From assembly GCA_022703055.1 (NCBI GenBank), contig JAKLEP010000003.1, positions 150,238 to 214,237 of the forward strand: DNA of 64,000 nucleotides, given 5' to 3'. This document shows, in pieces, positions 45,143-55,844 of the stretch (position 1 is its first letter; each line of letters begins with the position of its first letter). The translations under genes and the position numbers were made by a program. The stretch comes from Candidatus Omnitrophota bacterium. Its GTDB lineage: Bacteria > Omnitrophota > Gorgyraeia > VGKH01. The notes under the pieces were generated by a model. It made no database searches. It saw only the letters and a list, made by a program, of their open reading frames with translations, and was not told the origin of the DNA.

Positions 45143-45802
45143 CTACTCCTTCTTCCTTGCCAAGCCGGAATGTTGGGTGATAAAATTGACTAACTCGGTT
45201 GCAGCCCTTTCCATATTCACTATCACAGAATTAACTCTGCTTACGAAGAAATTATACGCAACAAATGTTGGTATCGCTACCATAAGGCCGGCAACAGTTG
45301 TAAGCAATGCCTCCCATATTCCTCCTGCCAAATCTCCGGGGCTAACAGGATTTAAAGATGTCGCCTTAACCTGGATCACCTGAAAAGCCCTAACCATACC
45401 CGTGACTGTACCTAAAAGGCCTAAAAGCGGAGAAATGTGTGCTATCGTAGCAAGCGCGCTTAAGTTCTTTTCTAGACGGGGGACTTCATAGAGACTAGCA
45501 TCCTCCATGGCTTCCTTTATTTCATCGCGAGAAAAATTGTATTTTAATATCCCTGCCTTAAGAATGCTGGCTACGGGAGCGTTGCTATTTTCGCATAAAG
45601 AAACGGCGTCTTTGACATTTCCGTGTTTTAGCTTTTCTACAACCGAATCTAAGAATGCCTTCACATCTATACTGATTTTATGCAAGTATAACATCTTTTC
45701 TACCATTATAGCCAAGGCAAAAATTGAACAAAGCAAAATCGGCCACATTATAGGTCCGCCTGCGATAAATATCTGCCAGGCACTCATCTTCCAAAAATCC
45801 AT
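45143..45802 (-). CDS. exbB: MotA/TolQ/ExbB proton-channel protein
   Basis: 219 aa. Three TM helices; PLLGLLGTVTGMVRAF. Confidence 0.85.
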   Translation of the reverse strand: MDFWKMSAWQIFIAGGPIMWPILLCSIFALAIMVEKMLYLHKISIDVKAFLDSVVEKLKHGNVKDAVSLCENSNAPVASILKAGILKYNFSRDEIKEAMEDASLYEVPRLEKNLSALATIAHISPLLGLLGTVTGMVRAFQVIQVKATSLNPVSPGDLAGGIWEALLTTVAGLMVAIPTFVAYNFFVSRVNSVIVNMERAATELVNFITQHSGLARKKE

Positions 45803-45817
45803 AGCGCTTTCCTCCTT

Positions 45818-48316
45818 CTAATTCTTTATATTGCTATCGATCCACTCAATTCTCTCTCTAGCAAACTTTGATTCTTCCACATTTTCATTTGCGATTTTCT
45901 CGTAAATCTTCCTTGCTTCCTTCCAGCTCTCTCTATTTTCAAAAATTCTTGCCGCCCTAAGATAAGCCTTAACTGATAGAGGACTATCGGAACTGGATAA
46001 GTAAGCCACTTTTAAATATGTCTGCGTTGCTTTATCCAAATCCTGTTTTGATTCGTACAGCTCTGCGATTTTAAAATATATATCCGGGTCGTCAAAATCT
46101 GAAGACCCGCCAGTCTTAGTTAGCGCAGTTTCATAAGCCTTTAAAGAATCATCAAATTTAGATTGGGCCTTAAAGTAATCCCCTATTCTGATAAAAACAT
46201 CCCTGGCCGATTCAGGATTGGTCTCGGCTAATTTTCTGCATATCTTTATAGCTAAATCAATATTTTCTTTCTCAACATATATATTAGCTAAATACAGAGA
46301 TGCCTGAACAAATAATTTGCTGTAAGGTTTAGACCTGATGGCCTCTAAATTCTTTATTGCTTCATCGGAATTACCCGATTCAAAAAAAGATTCGGCAATG
46401 CCATAATATGCGTTATCGGCTAAATCTGATTCGGGATATTCTTCTACAATCTTCTGAAAATAACGCCTCGCAGTTTCGTATTCCTTTGTCTTTAGATAAT
46501 AATCGGCAGTGTAATACAATGAATCTTCGGCAACCTTGGTGTGCGGGTAATTATAAGATAAAATCTTCAATCTCTTGAGGCCCTCTTTCTCATTACCTAA
46601 ATAGAAAAATGATACAGCCAGATCGTATTCTGCCGAGCCCGCCACCTCTTTATTTGCCGAATATTCCTTGGTTATTCTTTCGAAGATGTTCGCCGATTCT
46701 TTAAATTTCTTGAGCTCTCTATACACCAGGCCTAAAAGCTGCATCGCCTGTGGCCTTAATTCGTTATCCTTAGAGATACTATCAACAAAACCCTGCAGCT
46801 GCTCTTGCGAAGCCTGATAGTCGCCTTTATTAAAATACGCCAGCCCCAGATAATATCCAAGATTAGAAATAAACTTACTCTGTGGAAAATTTATTTTTAA
46901 ACTCTGCAAGGCAATTATCGCGGCATCTGTATTTCTCATCTTAAGCAGTGTTAAGGCCAGCTGGTACTGGGCATAATCGCTATAGAGACTATCCTGATAG
47001 TCTTTCAGAAGGCTGTCGTAGATATCTACCGCTTTCTGGTATTCGCCCATCTCCTGGTAGAGATCACCTAATTGGCTCAGTGCATTAATTCTAACAAGCT
47101 TATCCTTAGTCCTGTTTATCAATTCCTGGAAACTCTTAACTGCCTCCGGCATCCTTCCCATCTTTAGATTAGTCCAGGAGATACCGAAATATACCTTGGA
47201 TAGCAAATCGCTGAATTCCTCCTGCCAGGATAACCTGTTGGATAGCTCTTCGTAGGCCTCTAACGCTTCCTTGTATTTCGCCAGTTTATAAAGAGAATTG
47301 GCTTTACCTAAATACGCGTTGAGTAGCAAAGATGAATCCTGAAAATTATTAATTAACTCGTCATAGACAGTTAAAGCTTCTTGGTCCTTGTTTGATTCGG
47401 AAAGCAATGACGCTTTACCCAATATCACATTGTCCAGGCCGATAGATTTCTGCCTGGCCATAGTCTCGGCCTCCTTAAAGGCCTGTTCTGCTTCCGGAAA
47501 ATTCTTCAGCATCAGATACGACCAACCTAAGGCCGTTTTTGAAAGGACCTGCAATTTATCATCTTTGCTAATCTGGATTACCTTTTTATAATCTTCAGCC
47601 GCCTCCTGGTAATTCTCCAGATAATAATTCGACTCTGCCTTATAGAAATATGCCTGGTCTATCTTTTTTGACTCAGAATACTTTTCTACAAACAAAGCGA
47701 AACTTTTCTTTGCATCATCGTACTTCTTAAGATTGAAATATGACTCGCCGATTTTAAAATAGCTGTCTTCAATAAATTCATTTTGGGGATAAAGCCTCAC
47801 AAGCTGGGTAAACCCATCTATCGCCTCTTTATAATTCCCTTCTTCGAATAGGCACCAGGCTAAAGAATAATTCGCATCTTGGATGTATTTTGAGTTAGGG
47901 TATTTGGTGATAACCTCTTTGTAAAAAGTCTTGGCATTTGGATAATCTTTAGCCCTGAAATAAACCTCGGCTTTCCAGTAAGAGATGGTGTCTCTAATCT
48001 TGTCTATCTGCGGGAGCTCCAAAATTTTATCGAATTCCTGAATCGCATCCAAATACTTGTCCTTATTCAAATAACATTGGCCAATAAGAAGGTAGACTTC
48101 ACCCAACCTTTTAGTCTGTGGGAATTCTTTTAAGAAACGGTCAAGATAGCCGAGCGAAACATCATAGAAACCGTCCTCTAGGGCTTTCTGGGCGACAAAG
48201 AAAAGTTCGTCCTCTTTGCTATTTTCAGCCTGGCTAAACGCAAAAGAAACACAAATTTGGCTAAAAAATAACATCAATAACAGAATAAGAAAAATTTGCT
48301 TGAAGGAATGTTTCAT
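45818..48316 (-). CDS. exported tetratricopeptide-repeat protein (YbgF/CpoB-like repeats)
   Basis: More than 15 TPR units after a signal peptide. The track start at 48334 is a TTG; the ATG at 48316 (MKHSFKQIFLILLL) is preferred. Confidence 0.8.
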   Translation of the reverse strand: MKHSFKQIFLILLLMLFFSQICVSFAFSQAENSKEDELFFVAQKALEDGFYDVSLGYLDRFLKEFPQTKRLGEVYLLIGQCYLNKDKYLDAIQEFDKILELPQIDKIRDTISYWKAEVYFRAKDYPNAKTFYKEVITKYPNSKYIQDANYSLAWCLFEEGNYKEAIDGFTQLVRLYPQNEFIEDSYFKIGESYFNLKKYDDAKKSFALFVEKYSESKKIDQAYFYKAESNYYLENYQEAAEDYKKVIQISKDDKLQVLSKTALGWSYLMLKNFPEAEQAFKEAETMARQKSIGLDNVILGKASLLSESNKDQEALTVYDELINNFQDSSLLLNAYLGKANSLYKLAKYKEALEAYEELSNRLSWQEEFSDLLSKVYFGISWTNLKMGRMPEAVKSFQELINRTKDKLVRINALSQLGDLYQEMGEYQKAVDIYDSLLKDYQDSLYSDYAQYQLALTLLKMRNTDAAIIALQSLKINFPQSKFISNLGYYLGLAYFNKGDYQASQEQLQGFVDSISKDNELRPQAMQLLGLVYRELKKFKESANIFERITKEYSANKEVAGSAEYDLAVSFFYLGNEKEGLKRLKILSYNYPHTKVAEDSLYYTADYYLKTKEYETARRYFQKIVEEYPESDLADNAYYGIAESFFESGNSDEAIKNLEAIRSKPYSKLFVQASLYLANIYVEKENIDLAIKICRKLAETNPESARDVFIRIGDYFKAQSKFDDSLKAYETALTKTGGSSDFDDPDIYFKIAELYESKQDLDKATQTYLKVAYLSSSDSPLSVKAYLRAARIFENRESWKEARKIYEKIANENVEESKFARERIEWIDSNIKN

Positions 48317-48325
48317 TTCGTTAAC

Positions 48326-48353
48326 ATTATACAACTTTATTATATTTTTTCAA
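48326..48353 (-). promoter_or_regulatory. sigma70-type promoter candidate giving a near-leaderless TPR-exbBD transcript
   Basis: Minus strand TTGAAA (48353-48348), 16-nt spacer, TATAAT (48331-48326). The ATG at 48316 is only 9 nt after the -10 box, and no SD is present. Confidence 0.45.
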
Positions 48354-48376
48354 ATAGAAAACTATAAGAATAAAAG

Positions 48377-51175
48377 TTAAGCTAATTTCTCACGCAGGTA
48401 TTCCGCAGTATAAGAAGCTTTATTATTGGCGATTTGTTCGGGACTGCCGCAAGCGACAACCTTGCCACCCCGGTCTCCGCCTTCAGGGCCCAAATCCACA
48501 ACATAATCTGAGCATTTTATGACCTCTAGGTTATGCTCGATGACTATCACGGTATTACCCTTATCTACCAAGCGCTGCAAGACATTAATCAGCTTATCCA
48601 CATCGGCAAAATGCAAGCCTGTAGTAGGCTCATCCAACAAATATAAGGTTTTTCCGGTTGAGAATTTGCTTAATTCGGAAGATAGCTTAACTCTTTGAGC
48701 TTCGCCGCCGGAAAGCGTGGTCGCCGATTGGCCCAATTGAATATATCCTAGCCCAACGTCTTTCAAGGTTGATAAGGTCTGTTTTATTTTAGGGATATTC
48801 TCAAACACAACTAGAGCATCTTCTACTGACATATTAAGGATATTAGCTATTGAATAGCCTTTGTATTTTACTTCCAGGGTTTGTTCATTAAATCTTAAGC
48901 CGTTGCAGACCTCGCAGACAACATAGACATCAGGCAGAAAATGCATTTCGATTTTCTTGATGCCGTCTCCCTGACAGGCCTCGCATCTTCCGCCTTTAAC
49001 ATTAAAACTGAATCTTCCCGGTTTGTAACCGCGCAGCTTAGCTTCGGGAAGCATACTAAAAATATTCCTGATATGGCTGTATACTCCGGTGTAAGTTGCC
49101 GGATTTGAACGAGGAGTTCTTCCAATGGGCGATTGATCCACCACGATTACTTTATCGATATTATCAACGCCCTTAATCTGTGAATGCTCTCCCGGCCTTT
49201 CTTTAGATTTATATATTTTCTTGGCCAAGGCCCGATACAGAGTCTCGTCTATCAAAGTAGATTTTCCTGAGCCGGACACACCTGTTATGCAAATAAAATT
49301 CCCCAAAGGAAACTTAACGTTGATATCTTTCAGATTGTGTTCCTTGGCCCCTATAATCTCAATCGATTTATTTTTTCGATAATCTCTTTTATTGGGGACT
49401 TTTATATCCAGTTTCCCGTTAAGATATTTTGCCGTCAAAGATGCATGGGACTTAAGCAGCTCATTTAACGGTCCGGCAAAGACCACTTCTCCACCGTGCT
49501 TTCCGGCGCCCGGGCCCAAATCTATCACATAATCCGCAGCCTTAATCGTTGCTTCATCATGCTCAACAACAATAAGGGTATTGCCCAAATCGCGCAATGT
49601 TTTTAACGTGGCGAGCAACTTTGAATTATCTCTTTGATGCAATCCAATACTTGGTTCATCTAAAATATAAACTACGCCCACCAAACCTGAACCAACTTGT
49701 GTGGCAAGCCTGATTCTTTCTGATTCTCCGCCGGAAAGCGTGCTGCTTTTTCTATCCAGCGTCAGATAATCCAGGCCGACATCAATACAAAAAGACAATC
49801 TTCTTATGATTTCTTTTAGAACCTGATGTGCGATAATGGTCTTTTCTTGAGACAGCTTTAGGCCAACAAAGAACTCTTTGGTATCCTTAATAGACATCTT
49901 GGTGATGTCCCAGATTGACTTCTCTTTAATCCTTATAGCCAGGCTCTCTTTTTTTAACCTTGCGCCATTACAGACCGGACACGGCAGAACCGACATAAAA
50001 CGCGAAATCTCATTTTTTAGATAATCACTTTCCGTCTGATGAAATAATCTTTCTAGATGCGGAATCAGCCCTTCAAATCTCCTGCCCCAAATCCATTGAT
50101 CAGCGCCATAAAGAATAGCCTTCTGTATGTCTTTGCTTAGTTTATTAAAAGGTGTTTCAATATTAAAATTTAAATTATGAGCCAGCTCCCGTAGCATTCC
50201 GCGATAATAAAGAATGTAGCCTCTTCCGCCTCGTTTCCAAGGCTCGATCGCCTCAAGCACCGGCTTGGTTTTATCCGGGATAACTAAGTCTGCATCGAAT
50301 TCTAACTTTGTACCTAAGCCATTGCACGCCCCGCAGGCGCCGTAGGGAGAATTGAAAGAAAAAATCCGCGGCTCGACTTCCGGTAAGCTTATTCCGCAAA
50401 CCGGACAACTGTATTGTTCGCTAAACAGGATATCTTTCTTTTTATCAATATTATGAACGATTACTATGCCCTGGCCGACATTCAAAGCTGTCTCTATAGA
50501 ATCAGCAAGCCTTTTTTTGACCTCCGCGTCAATAGATAGCCTGTCGACAACTACTTCAATATTGTGAATCTTGTATTTATCTAATTTGACTTTATTCTCA
50601 ACTTCGTATATCTTGCCGTCAATGCGTAGTCTGACAAAACCGGCTTTCTGAGCTTGAGAAAAAACATCTTTATATTCACCCTTTCTACCACGGATCAAAG
50701 GAGCCAATATCTCAATCTTGGTTTTCTTGGGCAAAGCTAATACCTGAGCGACTATTTCTTGAGATGACTGTTTTTGTATCGGACGATTGCAGTTATGGCA
50801 ATAGACCGTACCAATCCTAGCAAATAAAAGCCTCAAGTAATCGTAAATCTCTGTTTGGGTGGCTACTGTTGAACGCGGATTGCCGCTGGCCGTACGCTGC
50901 TCAATAGCTATCGCCGGAGACAAACCCTCGATATATTCGATATTGGGCTTCTGGAGCTGCTCTAAGAATTGACGGGCATAACTGGAAAGACTTTCAACGT
51001 AGCGTCGCTGGCCTTCGGCATAAATTGTATCAAAAGCTAAAGATGATTTTCCTGAGCCGCTTAATCCGGTAACCACTACGAGCTTATTACGCGGAATCTT
51101 TAAGTTGATATCCTTAAGATTATGCTCTTTTGCTCCATGAATAATAATGAAATTATTTTCTATTTGTTTTGTCAT
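48377..51175 (-). CDS. uvrA: excinuclease ABC subunit A
   Basis: 932 aa. Two ABC modules ([18 protein letters not shown]; LSGGE signatures) and zinc-finger Cys pairs. Confidence 0.95.
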   Translation of the reverse strand: MTKQIENNFIIIHGAKEHNLKDINLKIPRNKLVVVTGLSGSGKSSLAFDTIYAEGQRRYVESLSSYARQFLEQLQKPNIEYIEGLSPAIAIEQRTASGNPRSTVATQTEIYDYLRLLFARIGTVYCHNCNRPIQKQSSQEIVAQVLALPKKTKIEILAPLIRGRKGEYKDVFSQAQKAGFVRLRIDGKIYEVENKVKLDKYKIHNIEVVVDRLSIDAEVKKRLADSIETALNVGQGIVIVHNIDKKKDILFSEQYSCPVCGISLPEVEPRIFSFNSPYGACGACNGLGTKLEFDADLVIPDKTKPVLEAIEPWKRGGRGYILYYRGMLRELAHNLNFNIETPFNKLSKDIQKAILYGADQWIWGRRFEGLIPHLERLFHQTESDYLKNEISRFMSVLPCPVCNGARLKKESLAIRIKEKSIWDITKMSIKDTKEFFVGLKLSQEKTIIAHQVLKEIIRRLSFCIDVGLDYLTLDRKSSTLSGGESERIRLATQVGSGLVGVVYILDEPSIGLHQRDNSKLLATLKTLRDLGNTLIVVEHDEATIKAADYVIDLGPGAGKHGGEVVFAGPLNELLKSHASLTAKYLNGKLDIKVPNKRDYRKNKSIEIIGAKEHNLKDINVKFPLGNFICITGVSGSGKSTLIDETLYRALAKKIYKSKERPGEHSQIKGVDNIDKVIVVDQSPIGRTPRSNPATYTGVYSHIRNIFSMLPEAKLRGYKPGRFSFNVKGGRCEACQGDGIKKIEMHFLPDVYVVCEVCNGLRFNEQTLEVKYKGYSIANILNMSVEDALVVFENIPKIKQTLSTLKDVGLGYIQLGQSATTLSGGEAQRVKLSSELSKFSTGKTLYLLDEPTTGLHFADVDKLINVLQRLVDKGNTVIVIEHNLEVIKCSDYVVDLGPEGGDRGGKVVACGSPEQIANNKASYTAEYLREKLA

Positions 51176-51184
51176 ATTATTGAA

Positions 51185-52306
51185 TTACAACGATTTTAAA
51201 ATCTCTATCGGCGATGGTGGGCACCCCGACGCAGCGCAATATCCGAATTCTTCCGCATATTTCATCGAGCAATTCCCGAGACAAATAACTTTGCCCTTAC
51301 CATCTTTCATTTTAGGCTTGGCTCCTGCAGTGAATTGAACACCCTTAAACAAAATCAGATATATCCACTTTGGCATATATTTGATAAAAAGTCTTGGAGA
51401 CTTCAAAGTCATTTTCATCGCTTCCCTAAGAGAATCGGTACACATGCTACAAGCATTTTTGTTACGGATATTCAACAATCTAAACATTCTAAAATAGTCC
51501 ATATTGGGTAATTTAAACGTTCTTTTTAGGGCGTCTATATCATCTCCGGCAAGCTCCGGCTCTATATCGCCAATACCTATTTTAGAGGCGATATTTATGT
51601 GAGGGACAGAAAACGGATCTATCCCCATCAACCTACAGCAGATTGCATCCACGGCCACAATGTCTTCTCCGAAAACACAAACATTGCTTTTAATTTTCTT
51701 ACCCTGTAATAACGGCCCATCTCCTTCTATCCCCACTATACCATCAACAATAGTCAAATTTGGCTTAACAACCTTTGCCAATTCGGCTATAGGCTCATCC
51801 AAACCCCAAGAAATATGGAAACCTTTTTTATATTCGCTTCTTAGCAAGCCCTTCTGATTTTTCAATCCTAAAGAAACCAAAGTCTGCATATGTGTCTTAA
51901 GCTTGGGGACATTGATATAATAAGATTCAGTTATTATCCGTGGTATTCGTATTTTTCCAAACTTCCAGCTTTTCTCAACTGTTTCAGCCTTTTCAAGATT
52001 CAATAATTGAACGTTTTCTTCTCGGGCAAGCCGCTCAAAGCCGCTTACTTTAAAAGCAAGCTCAACATCGACATTTAAACCGGGTGATTCACCAATGATT
52101 ATTCTCTTTACGCCGGATTCCTTTAGATATTTGATAATAGCTTTTACTAGCCTAAAATCAGTTACTACAGCGGAATGCGGCTTTGCCGCAATAACGATAT
52201 TTGGCTTTATCAATACGGTTTCCCCATTGATACGCGCAGAAACAGTCTTTAAATGCTGGTAGACCTGTTTTGGATTTTTTGTCTTAAAAATATAAACTTT
52301 ACTCAT
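51185..52306 (-). CDS. DUF362 domain protein with a Cys-rich C-terminus
   Basis: N-terminal VLIKPNIV...IIIGESPG pattern of DUF362. C-terminal cysteines CSMCTDS...CLGNCSMKY...CAASGCPP. Confidence 0.65.
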   Translation of the reverse strand: MSKVYIFKTKNPKQVYQHLKTVSARINGETVLIKPNIVIAAKPHSAVVTDFRLVKAIIKYLKESGVKRIIIGESPGLNVDVELAFKVSGFERLAREENVQLLNLEKAETVEKSWKFGKIRIPRIITESYYINVPKLKTHMQTLVSLGLKNQKGLLRSEYKKGFHISWGLDEPIAELAKVVKPNLTIVDGIVGIEGDGPLLQGKKIKSNVCVFGEDIVAVDAICCRLMGIDPFSVPHINIASKIGIGDIEPELAGDDIDALKRTFKLPNMDYFRMFRLLNIRNKNACSMCTDSLREAMKMTLKSPRLFIKYMPKWIYLILFKGVQFTAGAKPKMKDGKGKVICLGNCSMKYAEEFGYCAASGCPPSPIEILKSL

Positions 52307-52470
52307 TTTTTAAAATCACCAGGATCGAATATCGGTTTCTGTGTAAAATATTGCTCTTGCCTGCCGCGCAAAATCGCGACAACAGAGATAACAAGCAAAA
52401 GAACGCTAGTCCCAATAAACATTACTAACCAAATCAAAACATAAAAAATTGACTTGAGAAATCTTATCAT
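52303..52470 (-). CDS. 55-aa single-TM protein candidate
   Basis: MIRFLKSIFYVLIWLVMFIGTSVLLLVISVVAILRGRQEQYFTQKPIFDPGDFKK. It has ATGA overlaps with both the upstream stop (52467-52470) and the downstream DUF362 start (52303-52306). Below the track cutoff. Confidence 0.5.
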   Translation of the reverse strand: MIRFLKSIFYVLIWLVMFIGTSVLLLVISVVAILRGRQEQYFTQKPIFDPGDFKK

Positions 52471-53279
52471 TCTTCTCCAATAACATAGAGATGGTGCGCA
52501 GTCAGCTGCTTAAACCATCTAGGCATATTATCCTCAATATTTGAAAGCACTCTAATAGGAAGATATTTGTCAATATCAGGATCAAGTATGCTCCAAAGCC
52601 ATTTTTTACCGACAGCATTTTTGACATATGTCATGCTGCCTTGTATCATTGAATCTCCCGTATCCAGCCATGGCGGATTATCAACACCGTTGGAATCTAT
52701 GACTCGCAAGCCTGCTTCCTTATAATATTTTTTCATCCCTGTTATGGTCATAAATTTTATATTGCCGTGATCCCAAGGTTTCCTTCTGATTTTATGCACG
52801 AGATTGTGAATCCAATACCCTATTCCATAAGGATTGAGCGTACTGGTATAAACCAACTTTCGCGAAAGTCTTTTCATTTCTAATAATAGGTCTAAAGGCG
52901 ACGGACTGTCGTACTGTTCAATCACCAGATGGTTCCAAACCAAATCAAAAGAATTAGATTCTAAATTTGCATGCAAATCATCATTATGCTCTATTATCTT
53001 TACCCTATCCAACAAGCCTGCTCCCTTCCAGATACTCAGCGCTTCTTGGTAATCTCTTGAATGGACAAGTATCGTAACGTCATAGCCGGCTAAAGCAAGC
53101 AAGACGCTACTAAAAGCAGGAACGCCGCATATAAATGTAGCGTTTAACTCGAGAATTTTTTTAACGTTGTTTATTTTGCAAACTCTATCCAAGACATGGA
53201 ATATGGCCAGCCTTTCATAGGCGCCGCCTAGCCCGTCGTCATATTTATTATATAAATCTAAATTCTGTTTTCTTCCCAT
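52467..53279 (-). CDS. methyltransferase-like (Rossmann-type) protein, divergent
   Basis: 270 aa. KILELNATFICGVP...GYDVTIL resembles a degenerate SAM-binding motif I and acidic loop. Assignment is tentative. Confidence 0.4.
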   Translation of the reverse strand: MGRKQNLDLYNKYDDGLGGAYERLAIFHVLDRVCKINNVKKILELNATFICGVPAFSSVLLALAGYDVTILVHSRDYQEALSIWKGAGLLDRVKIIEHNDDLHANLESNSFDLVWNHLVIEQYDSPSPLDLLLEMKRLSRKLVYTSTLNPYGIGYWIHNLVHKIRRKPWDHGNIKFMTITGMKKYYKEAGLRVIDSNGVDNPPWLDTGDSMIQGSMTYVKNAVGKKWLWSILDPDIDKYLPIRVLSNIEDNMPRWFKQLTAHHLYVIGEE

Positions 53280-53281
53280 TT

Positions 53282-54775
53282 TTAGCAGTTTCTAAATTGT
53301 TTTATTTTTTTGAACTTCTTATTGATAAGTGAAGTAAAAAAATATCTTAAATACCTTTTCCAATTTAATAAATTCTCTTTTATCAAGATATATCTCACTG
53401 GGTTGCGGAAGAATTTATGCATCTCGAATTTTAAGTAAGCTTCGTTACGCAGGCTTTCAATCTCATCAGCAGTTAATAAATCGGTTGATTGCGCGGCGCA
53501 CTTTGGTCTTAATCTGGCATAATAATCCAAAGACGAATTGTCATCTTTATTATAAAATCTCCATAAATCGGTCCCGGGATATGCGGAAGCGATATTAAAA
53601 AGTACGTCATCCAACCCCAAGGAACAAGCAAAGTTGATGGTATCTCTTATTTCTTTTTTTGTTTCGCCAGGCAAGCCGATGACAAAAAAACCAACAGTTT
53701 CTATTTTTAGCTTCTTCATAAGTCTTATTTTCGATTTGACCTCATCTAAAGAGATATCTTTTTTCTTTATGATGTTTCTAAGTACATTGGCATTGCCAGA
53801 TTCAATACCAAGGAACAAACGGTAGCAACCGCTCTCTTTCATTTTGCTCAATAGTTCCTCATCTAAATTAGAGATATGTACGCCGTTGGGTGTGGTCCAG
53901 GCAATATCGATTTTTCGAGCTATAATTTCGTTGCATATATCCATCATTCTTGCCCTATCAAATGTGAGATTATCATCTTCAAAATGTATTTCTTTTATGC
54001 CATGTTCTTTAACTAGCAGCTCTATTTCATCAACAACATTCTGGCAACTTCTTGAGCGCCATCTATAGCCAAAAGAAACATGAATTGAACAAAATATACA
54101 ATTACCCGGACAACCTCTAGACGTCAAAACCGGCATATAGGGGGTTCGCCTCAAAAAGTTGCTATGAGGGTTCTTAGAATGCAAATATTTTTCTTTAGCA
54201 GGAAATAAATCCCATACTGGAAACGGAATATTATCTAAATCAGAAATATAATCTTTTTTAGGATTAACTTTGATAGTTCCATTATTTTTATACGATAAGC
54301 CTTCTACAGTATCAAGGCTTTGTTTTTTTTCTAAATTGTTAACCAATGACAAGAAAGACTTTTCTCCTTCTCCTATGATAACAAAATCAATATTCTTATT
54401 TTTCAAGATCTCATGAGGTATAGCTGAAGGATGCGCTCCCCCCAGTACGACTTTGGCATTGCAGTTTCTTTTTACAAAATCGACCAGCTGTAAAACACTC
54501 GGCGCCTGCACTGAATAGCTGTTACTGATCCCAACTAATTCAGGTCCTATAAGCTTTATCTTCTCTTTTATCATATCCCAGGGCATTCCTATTCTGCACA
54601 TTCCATCTTCATAATTATTGATTGTCTGGTCTTCAGTTAAACAATCAATTACCGAAACCTCATGATTATTTTCTCTCAAAACTGATGCCAAGTATCCTAT
54701 GCCTAAAGGAAAAGTACAAAAAGGAATCTCACCTTGAAGAAAAATTCCGGGCGGAACCATCAACAGGATCTTCAT
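53282..54775 (-). CDS. B12-binding-domain radical SAM protein
   Basis: N-terminal cobalamin-binding-like domain (MKILLMVPPG...GIGYLASVL) and SRGCPGNCIFCS (Cx3Cx2C). Confidence 0.85.
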   Translation of the reverse strand: MKILLMVPPGIFLQGEIPFCTFPLGIGYLASVLRENNHEVSVIDCLTEDQTINNYEDGMCRIGMPWDMIKEKIKLIGPELVGISNSYSVQAPSVLQLVDFVKRNCNAKVVLGGAHPSAIPHEILKNKNIDFVIIGEGEKSFLSLVNNLEKKQSLDTVEGLSYKNNGTIKVNPKKDYISDLDNIPFPVWDLFPAKEKYLHSKNPHSNFLRRTPYMPVLTSRGCPGNCIFCSIHVSFGYRWRSRSCQNVVDEIELLVKEHGIKEIHFEDDNLTFDRARMMDICNEIIARKIDIAWTTPNGVHISNLDEELLSKMKESGCYRLFLGIESGNANVLRNIIKKKDISLDEVKSKIRLMKKLKIETVGFFVIGLPGETKKEIRDTINFACSLGLDDVLFNIASAYPGTDLWRFYNKDDNSSLDYYARLRPKCAAQSTDLLTADEIESLRNEAYLKFEMHKFFRNPVRYILIKENLLNWKRYLRYFFTSLINKKFKKIKQFRNC

Positions 54776-54776
54776 T

Positions 54777-55844
54777 TCAAGCCTTCCTCATTATTCCTAA
54801 TAGACATTTTGCGTTTAACAACATATTCGTATATGAAGAATTTGCTAAAGGACAAAAACAATCACTATTTTTTATTTTCTTGCGTATATCAACTGCCCTG
54901 CTGCTTCTCCAGATTTTCTTGAAATCATAACCCGCCTCTTTAAGATTTCCTATTTTCTCTGATTTTATACAGCAGGCCCAGACATCGCCATTAGGAATGA
55001 TATGGCAAGATGCTAATCCGGCATAACAAGGGATGACCCGTTTCTTATCCTGCAAAATCTTTTTTACCATTTCGTAATACCTTATCCTAAATGCCTCAGT
55101 AGTTTTAGCCAAACCTGAAAACTTAATTTTTTTAATACTATCTACTAAGAAATCTATGGCCTGACAATAATCTTCAACCGCTGGAGTAATATCGGAACCT
55201 ACAGTACCCAACTCTTCCCTTTCTTCTGCGATCTCGGTGATATAGGAATCAGGGCCCAATTCATTCATCACAAAATTATAGATCTCCGGTAATCTTTTTA
55301 CATTAAACTTAGAGATAACGGTGTGCACGCCTAAAACCAAATTATGCGCCTTCAAGCTTTTCAAGGCTCGATAAGTATTCAACGCCTTAACGAAATTTCC
55401 TTCAACTCCCCGAATAAAATCATGCTTTTCTTTGATATCGTCCAAAGACAGATTAATTACAACTTTTGTTTTTTTGCAGATATCTAAGATTTTTTTGACT
55501 TTATCCGGAATAACTTCGCATAATAAACCATTTGTGGGTATGGTGATTACTTTTGGCTGGCAATTTATATAAGCACTTTCGCAGATATCCACAAAATCAT
55601 TTCTTAAGAAAACTTCCCCTCCGCTAAAGGTTATCCAATATATCTGGTTTTTTCCGATAGATTTAAAGACCTGACCAAGCTCATCCCTGCTTAATTCTTC
55701 GCTCTTCTTATTATATATATGGCAAGTTTGACAACGGGAATTGCACCTAAAAGTAACACTAACCGTCAAATTCATAGGGAAAGGCGGATTTAGGTTAAAC
55801 TTCCTGGCTAAATTGTATTTAATAATTTTAATCGGAATAATCAT
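54777..55844 (-). CDS. radical SAM / SPASM-type protein
   Basis: FRCNSRCQTCH motif, FSGGEVFL, and a C-terminal Cys cluster CYAG...ACCIKS...CFCP. The track ORF starts at 55925; the ATG at 55844 makes an ATGA overlap with the upstream GT2 stop. Confidence 0.85.
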   Translation of the reverse strand: MIIPIKIIKYNLARKFNLNPPFPMNLTVSVTFRCNSRCQTCHIYNKKSEELSRDELGQVFKSIGKNQIYWITFSGGEVFLRNDFVDICESAYINCQPKVITIPTNGLLCEVIPDKVKKILDICKKTKVVINLSLDDIKEKHDFIRGVEGNFVKALNTYRALKSLKAHNLVLGVHTVISKFNVKRLPEIYNFVMNELGPDSYITEIAEEREELGTVGSDITPAVEDYCQAIDFLVDSIKKIKFSGLAKTTEAFRIRYYEMVKKILQDKKRVIPCYAGLASCHIIPNGDVWACCIKSEKIGNLKEAGYDFKKIWRSSRAVDIRKKIKNSDCFCPLANSSYTNMLLNAKCLLGIMRKA

